In this document: piece after piece, positions 46,701 through 55,815 of the stretch
Numbering within the stretch: the first letter of the stretch is position 1
How the letters are laid out: each line of letters opens with the position of its first letter
Origin: Lentisphaeria bacterium
GTDB lineage: Bacteria > Verrucomicrobiota > Lentisphaeria > Victivallales > UBA1829
NCBI GenBank assembly: GCA_003526375.1
Contig: DPDG01000050.1
Coordinates: 52,283 to 116,282 of the forward strand
Reading direction: 5' to 3'
DNA length: 64,000 nucleotides
Translations under genes and position numbers: made by a program
Notes under the pieces: model-generated
The model's database searches: none
Seen by the model: the letters and a program-made list of their open reading frames with translations, nothing else
What the model was told of the DNA's origin: nothing

Positions 46701-46899
46701 TGATCTCCGTGATCTTCGTCTCCACGACACTTGCAGAGGCTCCGTCATACTCCGTGGAAATGGAGATCGTCGGCACATCAATATCCGGGTATTCGCGCAC
46801 CGGCATGTTGCGCAGCCCGATCAATCCGAAGACAATCAGGATCAGCATCAATACGATGGTCGCCACCGGGCGGACGACGGAAAAAGAACAGATCGTCAT
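43792..46899 (-). CDS. RND efflux transporter, inner-membrane permease (AcrB/HAE1-like)
   Basis: About 1035 aa with a 12-TM layout. The N-terminus FSVVRPVATIVLMLILIVFGLIGLRNMPVREYPDIDVPTISIST is typical of AcrB-family pumps. The start overlaps the adaptor gene stop by 4 nt. Confidence 0.95.
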   Translation of the reverse strand: MTICSFSVVRPVATIVLMLILIVFGLIGLRNMPVREYPDIDVPTISISTEYDGASASVVETKITEIIEGTVAGIEGLDSIESTSQDGRSRVTLEFSVNRDIDATANDVRDRVSRILSKLPDEADSPVVAKYDSSGSPVMIIALTSTGMTRMELTDYADRYLIDRFSVIEGVADAGILGGQEQSMRIWLNRTAMAARGITVADIEKTLLSENVENPGGRIESSEREFVVRLKRQYYTAEDFRNMVLKRNGDGDYIRLGDVASVAVDSRNQRQLFTANKQPMIGIGIYKQSTANTLTVSSGARALIRELEKNLPEGMAMRVLRDESRFINASIAEVEDSLIVSAILVLLIIFLFLGSLRASVIPALTVPISLIASFIVMNMLGYSVNLLTLLALVLAIGMVVDDTIVVLENIHRRIEDGEHPLLASVRGSDQVVFAVIATTLVLVAVFMPICLWTGKTGKLFTEFAVAMTASVCFSSVVALTLTPMLCSKLLKSKNNESYLARAVDWCLGWSEWLYDRMLRFVARFKFFTACIFLAICVLMAWGWQRLPAEYEPQEDRAAVNIRMQAPEGTNFYAMNDASVEVMNAVYPIVEAGEGTTMMVVVPTFGDSQGAVNRGFAMLELEEWSGRKRTSMEITAELRKKLAGISSLKVQPFLPSGIGSRGNPVQFVIGGPDYNELVKWRDILLEKAKNYPGLVDVDYDYKETTPQLHVEVDRDRANELGISASVIGTTLETMLGSKKVTTYLDRGQEYDVVLQADRFSRATPTDLSNIYVSSQNSDKLIPLDNLVTVREIGDAGRLSRYNRVRAITITGNVASGYALSDVLAYLEKTAREELPEYAQISYKGQSKDLKQASGSMVFIFALALLVSYLVLSAQFESFVSPFVVMLTVPLGMIGAVAALNMMGMTMNLYTQIGIIMLIGLAAKNGILIVEFANQLRDSGVEFEEAVFRAARLRLRPILMTGISTVAGAIPLLIATGAGAVSRRCLGAVVFYGGTSACFLTLFIVPIGYLLLARREKSPHALMKYMQQLDRENPARE

Positions 46900-47978
46900 T
46901 GCGCAGCTTCTTTCTTGAGTATGACCGGAGACCGGTCCGCCAGCTTCAGGACTCCGTCCGTGACAATCACCTCGCCGGCGTTCAGCCCCCCAGTCACTTC
47001 AACCCTGCCGCCATCCCGCCTGCCGAGGCGCACAACGCGGCGCGATACATTCTGTTTGTCCTTGTTGTAAATGAAGATGTACTGCACTTCTCCAAGACTC
47101 ATCACCGCCTTTTCGGGAATCATCACCGCATTACGTGTTCCGAGTTCGAGCTTCACCACGAACAGCATTCCGGGAGCCAGCTTCCTGTCGTCATTCTTCA
47201 CGACCGCCCTCACATCAGCCGTCCGGGTCACGGGATCGATACGGGGGGAAATCGCGCTGATCGTGCCGCTGAAAACGGTATCGGGATAAGCCACGCTCGT
47301 TACTCCGACCTTCTGCCCGACCTTGACCATCGGATAATACTTCTCCGAAACCCGGAAGTCGATCTTGATCTCGCTGATATCATCAATGGAAGTCACGAGA
47401 GTCCCCGGTGAAACAAGGTCCCCCAGACTCACCATGCGCATGGCAAGTTTGCCGGAAAACGGCGCGATGATCTGGCGGTTGCGGATTGCATATTCCACAA
47501 TGCCGATTGTCGTCCTCGCACGAGCCACGGCTGTCCGCGCCGCCTCGAAATCCTTCTGCGAAGTGATGCGGGCATTATACAGCGGCGTCAGACGGCGCAG
47601 TTCGCGCTCCTGTTCGGCAAGATTGATCTTGGCGTCCTCAAGCTGAGCCTGATACTGATCGTCATTCAGTTGAACCAGAAGTTTCCCGCCCTCGACATAC
47701 TGACCGTCCTTAAAAAAAATGCCGACCACTTTTTCCGTGGCATTGGCGGTGATGTCAACCGACTCCCTGGCAAGTCCGGTTCCGATGCCCTCGATCGTAT
47801 TGCGGATCTCAACCGGACCGGTCTTTTCGATCTGAACGCTCGGAACCGCGGCTGTGCGCTTGACCGCATTGATACTGCGCCCGGTTCCCTGATTCACATA
47901 AAAAACGACAGCTCCCGCAAGAACGGCAATACCGATCAATGCCTCTGCTGAACGAGCAAAAAAAGTCTTCAACTTCAT
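46896..47978 (-). CDS. RND efflux periplasmic adaptor (membrane fusion protein)
   Basis: N-terminal anchor, lipoyl/hairpin region (GKLLVQLNDDQYQAQLEDAKINLAEQERELRRLTPLY), and beta-barrel/MP domains (APFSGKLAMRMVSLGDLV). Confidence 0.9.
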   Translation of the reverse strand: MKLKTFFARSAEALIGIAVLAGAVVFYVNQGTGRSINAVKRTAAVPSVQIEKTGPVEIRNTIEGIGTGLARESVDITANATEKVVGIFFKDGQYVEGGKLLVQLNDDQYQAQLEDAKINLAEQERELRRLTPLYNARITSQKDFEAARTAVARARTTIGIVEYAIRNRQIIAPFSGKLAMRMVSLGDLVSPGTLVTSIDDISEIKIDFRVSEKYYPMVKVGQKVGVTSVAYPDTVFSGTISAISPRIDPVTRTADVRAVVKNDDRKLAPGMLFVVKLELGTRNAVMIPEKAVMSLGEVQYIFIYNKDKQNVSRRVVRLGRRDGGRVEVTGGLNAGEVIVTDGVLKLADRSPVILKKEAAQ

Positions 47979-48332
47979 TAGACTGTCCCAACCCTGATGT
48001 TTTCAGCAACTCCACCCGAAGCGACTGAAAATTAAAAATTATTCTCAAGTTATGGTAAAAAAACCTGCTTTTCCGAAAATTCAAGTTCAGGAATAAAAAA
48101 AGATGAACTTTTCACGGGACAGCACAGGAAATATTGAGAAAAGCAAGAAAAATACGGAGCATCCCGACGTTTCCTTCCGTAAGACACCGCTTTTCAAAGC
48201 AGCCCGAAACCTGGCGATTCCTGCCGGAAACAGCCGGAAAAATCTCTGTTTTCAGCAGAGAATCTTGCAAAAATCCCGTTTTATGCTAAATTAACCTTAT
48301 CTTCCAAACATAAAACAACAAGGGGGTTTGTT

Positions 48333-48854
48333 ATGAAGAAAGAACTTGCAAGTGCACTGAACGACCAGATGGTGTTCGAACTCTATTCCAGCTACATCTA
48401 TCTCGGGCTCGCCGCCTGTCTTGAGAAAATGAAACTGCCGGGTGCGGCGCACTGGATGAGAATTCAGGTGGACGAGGAGATCATTCACGCAGGAATTTTC
48501 TACAATTATCTCAACGACCAGAGCGAAGATATCGTCCTTGACACAATCAAAAAACCGGAACTGGGCAAGATCAGAACTCCGCTTGACGCATTCAAGGAAG
48601 CGCTCAAACATGAGAAACTGGTCACAGCCAGAATCAACAAGCTCGTGGAACTCTCCATAAAATCCGGCGGATACGCCACCATGGCATTCCTGAACTTCTT
48701 CGTCACGGAACAGGTTCAGGAGGAGCGTTCCGTCCAGACGATCATCGACAAGCTCGAAAGAGCCGGTTCCGACGAAAAGGCGCTCCTCTTCATTGATGCC
48801 GAACTTCAGACGCGCCCTGCGGCAACGCCTCCGGCGGCGGCACAGACCATGTAA
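48333..48854 (+). CDS. ftn: Ferritin (non-haem, Ftn-type)
   Basis: ALNDQMVFELYSSYIYL and MRIQVDEEIIHA supply the ferroxidase E...ExxH ligands. Also FLNFFVTEQVQEE. RBS AAGGGGG. Confidence 0.9.
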   Translation: MKKELASALNDQMVFELYSSYIYLGLAACLEKMKLPGAAHWMRIQVDEEIIHAGIFYNYLNDQSEDIVLDTIKKPELGKIRTPLDAFKEALKHEKLVTARINKLVELSIKSGGYATMAFLNFFVTEQVQEERSVQTIIDKLERAGSDEKALLFIDAELQTRPAATPPAAAQTM

Positions 48855-48878
48855 CGCAGGAAACATTACGGAAACAGG

Positions 48879-48917
48879 GATGCAAAGGCAGGTTCTTCCT
48901 CCTCTGCATCTTTTTTT
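48879..48917 (+). terminator. Intrinsic terminator after ferritin
   Basis: GATGCAAAGGCAGG, loop, CCTCCTCTGCATC (one mismatch and one bulge), followed by TTTTTTTATT. Confidence 0.65.
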
Positions 48918-49065
48918 ATTCCCGGTTTCTTACGGTTCCGGACTTTGAACAGGTGCATGAATTTGATAAAAAACAGTGACTTTTGATTCAAAAAAGTTGA
49001 CATCCATTCAAGCTGCCTTATATTAACCCCATATCTGCATATCTAATATTACAGAGGGTGTCGCG

Positions 49066-50139
49066 TTGGCTAATAAAATTATCGTAACTGGCGGAGCCGG
49101 ATTCATAGGATCGGCTGTCGTAAGGCATATTATTCATATGACCGGGGATCAGGTCTGCATCATCGACAAATTGACATATGCCGGAAATCTGGAATCCCTT
49201 GAAAGCGTTTCCGGCAATTCCCGCTGCCGTTTCGAGAAAGCGGACATCTGCGACAAGGCGGTAATGGACCGGATCTTCGCGGATTTTCAACCTGATATCG
49301 TCATGCATCTCGCCGCGGAATCCCATGTGGACCGTTCCATCGACGGGCCCGGAGAATTCATCCAGACCAATATCGTCGGAACCTATACGCTGCTCGAAGC
49401 CGCAAGGAAGTACTTCAACACGCTCGGCGATGATGCGAAAAAAAAATTCCGTTTCCATCACATCTCCACCGATGAAGTTTACGGCGATCTGGAAGGCCCC
49501 GGAGATTTCTTCCGTGAAACCACACCTTACGCCCCCTCCTCGCCGTATTCCGCCAGCAAAGCCGCAAGCGATCATCTTGTCCGTGCATGGAGGCGCACAT
49601 TCAAACTGCCGACCCTCGTCACCAACTGTTCCAACAACTACGGACCTTATCATTTCCCTGAAAAGCTGATCCCGCTGGTAATTCTCAACGCACTCGAAGG
49701 CAAGCCGCTTCCGGTTTATGGAACCGGGGCGCAGATACGCGACTGGCTCTATGTGGAGGATCACGCCCGTGCGCTGTATCTGGTGGCAACAACCGGCGTT
49801 CCGGGCGAAACTTACAATATCGGCGGGCACAACGAGAAGAAGAATATCGAAGTCGTACACAAGATCTGCGAGATTCTTGACGAGCTCCAGCCGCGCGCCG
49901 ACGGAAAATCCTATGCGGAACAGATAACATTCGTGACCGACCGTCCCGGACATGATCTGCGCTATGCCATCGACGCGGACAAAATCGGGCGTGAACTCGG
50001 CTGGAGACCGCAGGAAACATTTGAAAGCGGCATCCGCAAAACTGTTCAATGGTATCTTGCTCACCGTTTCACATGGTGCAAACATGTCCAGGACGGCACC
50101 TACAATCGCGAACGACTCGGAACCGGAGGCGCAAAATGA
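49066..50139 (+). CDS. rfbB: dTDP-glucose 4,6-dehydratase
   Basis: [12 protein letters not shown], the catalytic [11 protein letters not shown], and [19 protein letters not shown]. The start codon is TTG at 49066. Confidence 0.95.
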   Translation: MANKIIVTGGAGFIGSAVVRHIIHMTGDQVCIIDKLTYAGNLESLESVSGNSRCRFEKADICDKAVMDRIFADFQPDIVMHLAAESHVDRSIDGPGEFIQTNIVGTYTLLEAARKYFNTLGDDAKKKFRFHHISTDEVYGDLEGPGDFFRETTPYAPSSPYSASKAASDHLVRAWRRTFKLPTLVTNCSNNYGPYHFPEKLIPLVILNALEGKPLPVYGTGAQIRDWLYVEDHARALYLVATTGVPGETYNIGGHNEKKNIEVVHKICEILDELQPRADGKSYAEQITFVTDRPGHDLRYAIDADKIGRELGWRPQETFESGIRKTVQWYLAHRFTWCKHVQDGTYNRERLGTGGAK

Positions 50140-51008
50140 AAGGCATTGTACTGGCAGGGGGCGCGGGAACCAGGCTGCACCCGATCACGCAGGGGGTGTC
50201 AAAGCAGCTCCTTGCGGTCTATGACAAACCGATGATCTACTATCCGCTCTCGGTTCTGATGCTGGCAGGCATCAACGAGATTCTCATCATCACGACGCCG
50301 GAGGATCAGGGGGGATTCATCCGCCTGCTCGGGGACGGCTCCCGCTTCGGCATCCGCCTCTCCTATGAGGTTCAGCCGTCGCCGGACGGTCTGGCGCAGG
50401 CATTCCTGATCGGGGAAAAGTTCATCGGCAGAGACTCCGTCGCGCTTGTTCTCGGAGACAATATTTTCTACGGAGCCAATCTCAGCGGACTGATGCGGGA
50501 GGCGGTCGCACGAAAAAAAGGCGCAACGGTTTTCGGATATTATGTCAGCGACCCGGAACGTTTCGGCGTTGTGGAGTTCGATGAAAACGGCAGGGCAATT
50601 TCCATAGAGGAGAAACCGGCGAAACCCAAGTCGCACTTCGCCGTGACGGGACTCTATTTTTATGACAACGATGTTGTGGAGATCGCGAAGAACATCAAGC
50701 CGTCCGCGCGCGGCGAGCTTGAGATCACCAGCGTGAACAATGAATATCTCCGGCGCGGGGAGCTCCATGTGGAAAAACTCAAACGCGGTTATGCATGGCT
50801 TGATACAGGGACGCATGAAAGCCTGCTGGACGCGGCGAACTTCATCCGCACAATTGAAACCCGCCAGGGGCTTCAGGTTGCATGTCTTCAGGAAATCGCC
50901 TACACGAACGGATGGATGACCGGAGAGGAAGTGAAAGAGAGCATCAAGGACATGATGAAGACGGAATACGGCGCATACATGGCGCGCCTGATCAGGGAAG
51001 ATGAGTGA
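50136..51008 (+). CDS. rfbA: Glucose-1-phosphate thymidylyltransferase
   Basis: [18 protein letters not shown] and [22 protein letters not shown] start/stop overlap with rfbB. The start is trimmed from the track's 50049. Confidence 0.95.
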   Translation: MKGIVLAGGAGTRLHPITQGVSKQLLAVYDKPMIYYPLSVLMLAGINEILIITTPEDQGGFIRLLGDGSRFGIRLSYEVQPSPDGLAQAFLIGEKFIGRDSVALVLGDNIFYGANLSGLMREAVARKKGATVFGYYVSDPERFGVVEFDENGRAISIEEKPAKPKSHFAVTGLYFYDNDVVEIAKNIKPSARGELEITSVNNEYLRRGELHVEKLKRGYAWLDTGTHESLLDAANFIRTIETRQGLQVACLQEIAYTNGWMTGEEVKESIKDMMKTEYGAYMARLIREDE

Positions 51009-51014
51009 CGGATT

Positions 51015-51587
51015 ATGAACATCGTAAAAACGGAAATCGAAGGCGTTGTGATCATCGAACCGAAAGTATTCGGTGATGCACGCGGTTATTTTTTTGAGTC
51101 ATGGAACAAGGAAGTCTATGAAAAACACGGGATTGCCGCTGATTTCATTCAGGACAATGAATCAAGGTCCCGTTTCGGCGTTCTGCGCGGGCTCCATTTT
51201 CAGGCGGCGCCCTACACGCAGGCAAAGCTTGTCAGGGTGATTCAGGGCGCAGTGCTGGATGTCGCCGTCGATATCCGCAAAGGCTCCCCGACGTTCGGCA
51301 GGCATGTGGCGGTTGAACTTTCGGCGGAAAACAAGCGCCAGCTTTTCGTGCCCCGCGGATTCGCACACGGCTTCGTCGTTCTCAGCGACGATGTCGTTTT
51401 CGCCTACAAATGCGACAATAAATATATGCCGTCCCATGAACGCGGAATCGCATTCGATGATCCCTCGCTCGGCATTGACTGGCGCGTCAAGGTGGACTCT
51501 TTCATTCTCTCGGAGAAGGATACGCGGAATCCGCTTCTCAAAGATGCGGAAGTATTCGATTACAACAACAGGGAGTATCTGAAATGA
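51015..51587 (+). CDS. rfbC: dTDP-4-dehydrorhamnose 3,5-epimerase
   Basis: FGDARGYFFESWN, RGLHFQ and QAKLVRVIQGAVLDVAVDIR. Confidence 0.93.
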   Translation: MNIVKTEIEGVVIIEPKVFGDARGYFFESWNKEVYEKHGIAADFIQDNESRSRFGVLRGLHFQAAPYTQAKLVRVIQGAVLDVAVDIRKGSPTFGRHVAVELSAENKRQLFVPRGFAHGFVVLSDDVVFAYKCDNKYMPSHERGIAFDDPSLGIDWRVKVDSFILSEKDTRNPLLKDAEVFDYNNREYLK

Positions 51588-52441
51588 AAGTTCTTCTGAC
51601 CGGCGGCAGGGGAATGCTCGGACGTACGCTCTGTGCAGAACTCACAGACTTTGAAATAATCCCCACGGATCTGCCGGAAGCCGACATCACGGATGAACGC
51701 GGCATTGACGCCGTCATCAGGAAATATGCGCCGGACACAGTGATTCACTGCGCGGCAATGACTGCGGTGGACAAATGCGAAACAGAGCGCGATCTCGCTT
51801 ATAAACTGAACGCCTGCGGATCTGCAAATATCGCATCCGCCTGTCACAGAAACGGCATCAGGCTGATCGCCATTTCCACGGACTACGTTTTCAAAGGCGA
51901 TTCGGAGCGTCCCTATACGGAATTCGACCGTCCGGACGGCGGCAATACGGTGTATGGGCAAAGCAAGTTCGCAGGCGAGGAGATGATCCGACGCCACTGC
52001 CCGGATCATGTGATCGCACGCATCTCGTGGCTTTACGGAGCCGGAGGACCGAGCTTTGTCCATGCGATGATCAACCTTGCGGACGGCACGCGCCCGGCAC
52101 TGAAAGTCGTCAGCGACCAGTTCGGCAATCCGACCAGCGCGCTTGCCGTTGCGCGGGAGCTTCGCGAAGTATTGAAGCGTCCGGAACTTGTCGGGACTTA
52201 TCACATGACTTGCGAGGGCGAAGCCTCATGGCATGAGTTCGCACTGGAAATATTTGAACGGATGGGAATCAGCCAGAAGGTGCTGCCCTGCGCCACGGAG
52301 GAATTCCCGCGCCCCGCGCCGCGCCCCGCAAATTCGCGCCTCGAAAAAATGATGCTCCGCCTGAGCGGTCTTCCGCCGATGCCGGACTGGAAAGACGCAC
52401 TCGGGGAATTTCTCGCAAAAGAGTTCAAAAACAGGAAATAA
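51584..52441 (+). CDS. rfbD: dTDP-4-dehydrorhamnose reductase
   Basis: MKVLLTGGRGMLG, STDYVF and YGQSKFAGE. 4-nt overlap with rfbC. Confidence 0.92.
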   Translation: MKVLLTGGRGMLGRTLCAELTDFEIIPTDLPEADITDERGIDAVIRKYAPDTVIHCAAMTAVDKCETERDLAYKLNACGSANIASACHRNGIRLIAISTDYVFKGDSERPYTEFDRPDGGNTVYGQSKFAGEEMIRRHCPDHVIARISWLYGAGGPSFVHAMINLADGTRPALKVVSDQFGNPTSALAVARELREVLKRPELVGTYHMTCEGEASWHEFALEIFERMGISQKVLPCATEEFPRPAPRPANSRLEKMMLRLSGLPPMPDWKDALGEFLAKEFKNRK

Positions 52442-52447
52442 AACACC

Positions 52448-53542
52448 ATGCCGGAGAATATTTACGCAGTAATCATGGCGGGCGGGCGCGGAGAACGTTT
52501 CTGGCCGGAATGCCGCGCAAACCGTCCGAAGCAGCTGTTGAACCTTTTCGGCAATGCACCGTTGATAGAACAGACGGTTCTCCGGCTTCAGGGATTTGTT
52601 CCGTTCCATAACATTCTCATCATCACGAACGAGGTCTATCTGGAACGCATCCGCGCACTTCTCCCGCAGATTCCCCCGGACAACATCATCGGAGAGCCCT
52701 GTGCAAGAGATACGGCGCCGTGTGTTGCGCTTGCGGCGGGAGTCGTCAAGGCGAAAGCAGGCTCGGAGGATGCCGTCATGATCCTGCTTCCGGCAGACCA
52801 TTTCATCGTCAGACAGCAGGCAATGATTGCCGATCTGAATACCTGTGCCGGTGCGGTCGCGGGACGGCACGCAATCGCCACAATCGGCATCACGCCGTAT
52901 GCACCCAGCCCGAATTACGGTTACATTGAGTGCGGCGAACCGCTGGAACATTCCGGCGGAACATTTTTCAAAGTCAGGCGTTTCACGGAAAAACCCTCCG
53001 TCAAAGAAGCGGAGCGGCTTCTTGCGCAGGGCAATTACAAATGGAACAGCGGCATGTTCGTTTTTTCGGTGAAGACCATTCTGGAGGAGATGCGGATTCA
53101 GGCGCCTGATCTCCACTCCTTTGCGGAAGACGCGGCGCTGCACTGGCAGACGGAGAAGTTTTCAGCGAAACGGCAGGAGGATTTCGGCAGGCTCCGCAGG
53201 ATATCATTCGACTACGCAATCATGGAACACGCCTCCGGAATCCTGGTGCTTGAGGCAGGGTTCGACTGGGATGACATCGGCAACTGGGCCTCTCTGCGCA
53301 ATCACTATGAGACGGACGGCGACAACAATGTGGTTCATGCTTCGGCGGAACTGCTGGACAGCAAAGACTGTATCGTTTTTTCCGGGGATGCGGACCGCCT
53401 GATCGCAGGAATCGACCTCAGGGAAATGGTTATCATCCAGACGCCGGACGTGACCCTGGTTGCCCCCGTGTCCAGCACGCAGAAAATCAAACAGCTGCTG
53501 GAAAAACTCTCGGCAAAGAAAGAAAAACAGAAATACCTGTAA
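52448..53542 (+). CDS. Mannose-1-phosphate guanylyltransferase (short form, no isomerase domain)
   Basis: YAVIMAGGRGERFWP, LLPADHFI and NSGMFVF. Confidence 0.85.
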   Translation: MPENIYAVIMAGGRGERFWPECRANRPKQLLNLFGNAPLIEQTVLRLQGFVPFHNILIITNEVYLERIRALLPQIPPDNIIGEPCARDTAPCVALAAGVVKAKAGSEDAVMILLPADHFIVRQQAMIADLNTCAGAVAGRHAIATIGITPYAPSPNYGYIECGEPLEHSGGTFFKVRRFTEKPSVKEAERLLAQGNYKWNSGMFVFSVKTILEEMRIQAPDLHSFAEDAALHWQTEKFSAKRQEDFGRLRRISFDYAIMEHASGILVLEAGFDWDDIGNWASLRNHYETDGDNNVVHASAELLDSKDCIVFSGDADRLIAGIDLREMVIIQTPDVTLVAPVSSTQKIKQLLEKLSAKKEKQKYL

Positions 53543-53560
53543 CCGGCAAGGAATGATTTT

Positions 53561-54490
53561 ATGGCATACAAGATCGAGGAAAAACTTGTGATCGGAGTCG
53601 CATCCAGCGCTCTTTTCCAACTGGACGAAGCGGACAGCATCTTCCGCAAGGAAGGCTTGAATGCGTATCGCGACTACCAGTATGAGCATCAGCACGACAT
53701 TCTCAATACCGGCGTCGCGTTTCCTTTTGTGAAGCGTCTGCTGGCAATGAATCAGTTCTTCCCCGATACCCAGCCGATCGAAGTCGTCCTCCTCAGTCAC
53801 AATGACCCGGACACCGGGCTGCGCGTATTCTATTCCATTCAGCACTACGGGCTCAATATCATCCGCGCGGCGTTCACGACAGGCGATTCCCCGTTCAAAT
53901 ACATTCCGGCTTACAACGTTTCACTGTTCCTTTCCGCCAATTCGGGCGATGTCCGGCAGGCGATGAAAGAGGGTTATCCCGCCGGGCAGGTTCTCGCCAG
54001 CGCCGCGGAGGACGATCCGAACAATCCGGGGCTCTGCATCGCGTTCGACTTCGACGGAGTGATCGCCGATTCCAGTGCGGAGGAGGTCTACCAGAAAGAA
54101 GGCATTGAGAAGTTTTATTCGGCGGAAACGGAAAAGGCGCAGATCCCGCATACGCCGGGGCCTCTTGCCGATCTTTTTTCCAAGCTTGCGAAACTCCATA
54201 AGCTGGAGGATGAGCGGGTAAAAAATGATCCGAAATACCGCCGTTATATGAAAATGGCGATCGTGACCGCGCGTTCCGCACCCGCCCATGAGCGGGTCGT
54301 GACGACGTTGCGCAAGTGGGACATTCCGGTTGACCAGACTTTTTTCCTCGGCGGAATGGACAAGGGGCGTATTCTGTCGATCCTGCGTCCCCACATCTTC
54401 TTCGATGACCAGCGGCATCCGCATCTGGACGCCTCAAGTCCTTTCACTCCCTCCGTCCACATTCCCCTGGATTCGGTAAAGACAAACTGA
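53561..54490 (+). CDS. 5'-nucleotidase-family protein (cN-IA-like, HAD-type)
   Basis: IGVASSALFQL..., then CIAFDFDGVIADSSAEEVY (DxDx HAD motif), ...IVTARSAPAHERV... and ...HIFFDDQ. The overall pattern matches what I recall for the bacterial 5'-nucleotidase (Pfam 5_nucleotidase) family. Confidence 0.65.
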   Translation: MAYKIEEKLVIGVASSALFQLDEADSIFRKEGLNAYRDYQYEHQHDILNTGVAFPFVKRLLAMNQFFPDTQPIEVVLLSHNDPDTGLRVFYSIQHYGLNIIRAAFTTGDSPFKYIPAYNVSLFLSANSGDVRQAMKEGYPAGQVLASAAEDDPNNPGLCIAFDFDGVIADSSAEEVYQKEGIEKFYSAETEKAQIPHTPGPLADLFSKLAKLHKLEDERVKNDPKYRRYMKMAIVTARSAPAHERVVTTLRKWDIPVDQTFFLGGMDKGRILSILRPHIFFDDQRHPHLDASSPFTPSVHIPLDSVKTN

Positions 54491-54534
54491 AAGACGGCGT
54501 ACCTTTTTGAAGTGCGCTGTTGACCGGATGTCAT

Positions 54535-54570
54535 CAAAAAAGGACAGGAAAGACAAAATACCGTCTTTCC
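54535..54570 (-). terminator. Probable intrinsic terminator after lpxA
   Basis: GGAAAGAC (54547-54554) / GTCTTTCC (54563-54570) with an 8-nt loop. On the minus strand it is followed, after 5 nt, by TTTTTT. Confidence 0.5.
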
Positions 54571-54590
54571 TGAAACTGTTATGTAAGAAT

Positions 54591-55388
54591 TCAGGCTCTG
54601 CGCCCGCCGCGGTCACCGGTAAGAATGCCGCGCTTCGTCGATTTGACGAAGTCCAGAAATTCAATGACTTCCGGCAACTGCGGAACTTCCGCTTCGGCTT
54701 TGGCAATCGCATTGCTCATGCTCAGCCCATGACGGAAGAAAATATCATAAAGGTCTTTGACGGCACGGATCGTTTCCTTTGAAAATCCGTTGCGCTTCAT
54801 GCCGACGATATTGAATCCGCGCACGCCGCCGTTGCGTCCGTCGCCGATCATGAACGGAGCAAGGTCCATCGAAATCTGGGAACCGCCGCTCAATACAGCC
54901 ATACGCCCCATACGGCAGAACTGATGCATGCCGGAAAGCCCGGAGATCAGGCACTTGTCGCCGACTGTGCAATATCCGGCACAGCCGCTGTAAGGCACCA
55001 TCACCACTCCGTTGCCGATCGTGCAGTTATGGGAAACATGCGTGTTCGCCATCATGAAGCAGCCGCTGCCGATCGTGGTCACGGTTCCCTCATGAGTCCC
55101 GCGGTTCACCGTGACCCCCTCGCGAAACCGGTTGTTGTCCCCGATTTTCGTATAGGAAACCCCGCCCTCGAAACCGTAATCCTCCGGATCGGTCCCAATG
55201 GAGGCAAAAGGATAAACGACATTGTTCGCCCCGAGCGTGGCGTAGGCGCCGATATGACACTGGGCGATCAGCCTGGTTCCCTGCCCGATCTCAGTGTCAT
55301 GCTCAATCACGCAATAGGGGCCGACCTCTACGTCATCCGCGAGTTTTGCGGATGGATCGACGATCGCCGTCGGATGAATTTTAGCCAT
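54591..55388 (-). CDS. lpxA: Acyl-ACP--UDP-N-acetylglucosamine O-acyltransferase
   Basis: MAKIHPTAIVDPSAKLADDVEVGPYCVI, hexapeptide repeats throughout, and a helical C-terminal domain. Confidence 0.93.
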   Translation of the reverse strand: MAKIHPTAIVDPSAKLADDVEVGPYCVIEHDTEIGQGTRLIAQCHIGAYATLGANNVVYPFASIGTDPEDYGFEGGVSYTKIGDNNRFREGVTVNRGTHEGTVTTIGSGCFMMANTHVSHNCTIGNGVVMVPYSGCAGYCTVGDKCLISGLSGMHQFCRMGRMAVLSGGSQISMDLAPFMIGDGRNGGVRGFNIVGMKRNGFSKETIRAVKDLYDIFFRHGLSMSNAIAKAEAEVPQLPEVIEFLDFVKSTKRGILTGDRGGRRA

Positions 55389-55450
55389 ATAAAATGACTC
55401 CTTTTCTATAAGAAGCCGTCCGGAAACAGACGGAGTTCAAGATGATTATA

Positions 55451-55477
55451 AGCAAAAGGCGGGGATTTCCCCCGCCC
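55451..55477 (-). terminator. Intrinsic terminator of the small basic-protein gene
   Basis: GGCGGGG / CCCCGCC stem (55458-55476), followed on the minus strand by TTTTGCTT. It lies 7 nt after the TAA stop. Confidence 0.7.
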
Positions 55478-55483
55478 TCGCGA

Positions 55484-55591
55484 TTATTTCTTTTTGGCAG
55501 ATTTCATCGCCGCTCTTGCTTTTGCCTTGACTCTTTCAAGGTAGGCTTTGCGGCGTGCTCTCTTCTGAAGCTTGTTATACTGCTTTCCCAT
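55484..55591 (-). CDS. Small (35 aa) highly basic protein, below the ORF-track cutoff
   Basis: ATG 55591..55589 is preceded by CAAGGAGTTGAAAA (AAGGAG RBS). Product: MGKQYNKLQKRARRKAYLERVKAKARAAMKSAKKK. TAA at 55486..55484, with a dedicated terminator immediately downstream. Confidence 0.6.
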   Translation of the reverse strand: MGKQYNKLQKRARRKAYLERVKAKARAAMKSAKKK

Positions 55592-55815
55592 TTTTCAACT
55601 CCTTGTAATCTGACAGTTTGTTTTGAAAAATCATATTAAACCATGCAAAATATCATAGTTTCCCGCGAATTCAAGCACGAAACGATCTAAAATAATATAA
55701 AAATTACGGATTTGATACAGAGAAAAAGCAGATTTCCGGTTGTAAATTTAAAGAATACTGCTAAAGTTAATTTCGTTTCATTTATCAATTACAGATTTTG
55801 AGAGTTGAGAGTGCA

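Noticed and set aside
43846-47070. A 1074-aa plus-strand ORF covering the whole RND pump/adaptor region. Similar near-full-length antisense ORFs lie opposite gltB (60443-63316), rny (17774-19786), the tri-domain gene (24123-25913), carB (27981-29744, 26463-27584), the kinase (35509-37182), the PPIase (56614-57834), the secreted protein (40035-41255), rfbB (49018-50085), oppF-like (20550-21410) and glmS (21711-22577).
   Set aside because: They share codon boundaries with the sense gene; I checked this for the RND gene (43846-43792 = 54) and gltB (60443-60377 = 66). Their stops would therefore correspond to the sense codons TTA, CTA and TCA, which a GC-leaning codon usage avoids. Their products are low-complexity R/G/A/H-rich strings with no motifs, whereas the sense strands carry unambiguous family signatures. 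They are shadow ORFs, not genes.
48000-48332. A Fur box or other iron-responsive operator upstream of the ferritin gene.
   Set aside because: I found no convincing match to the GATAATGATAATCATTATC-type 19-bp palindrome. I saw only a generic TTGCAA-16-TAAATT promoter-like element.
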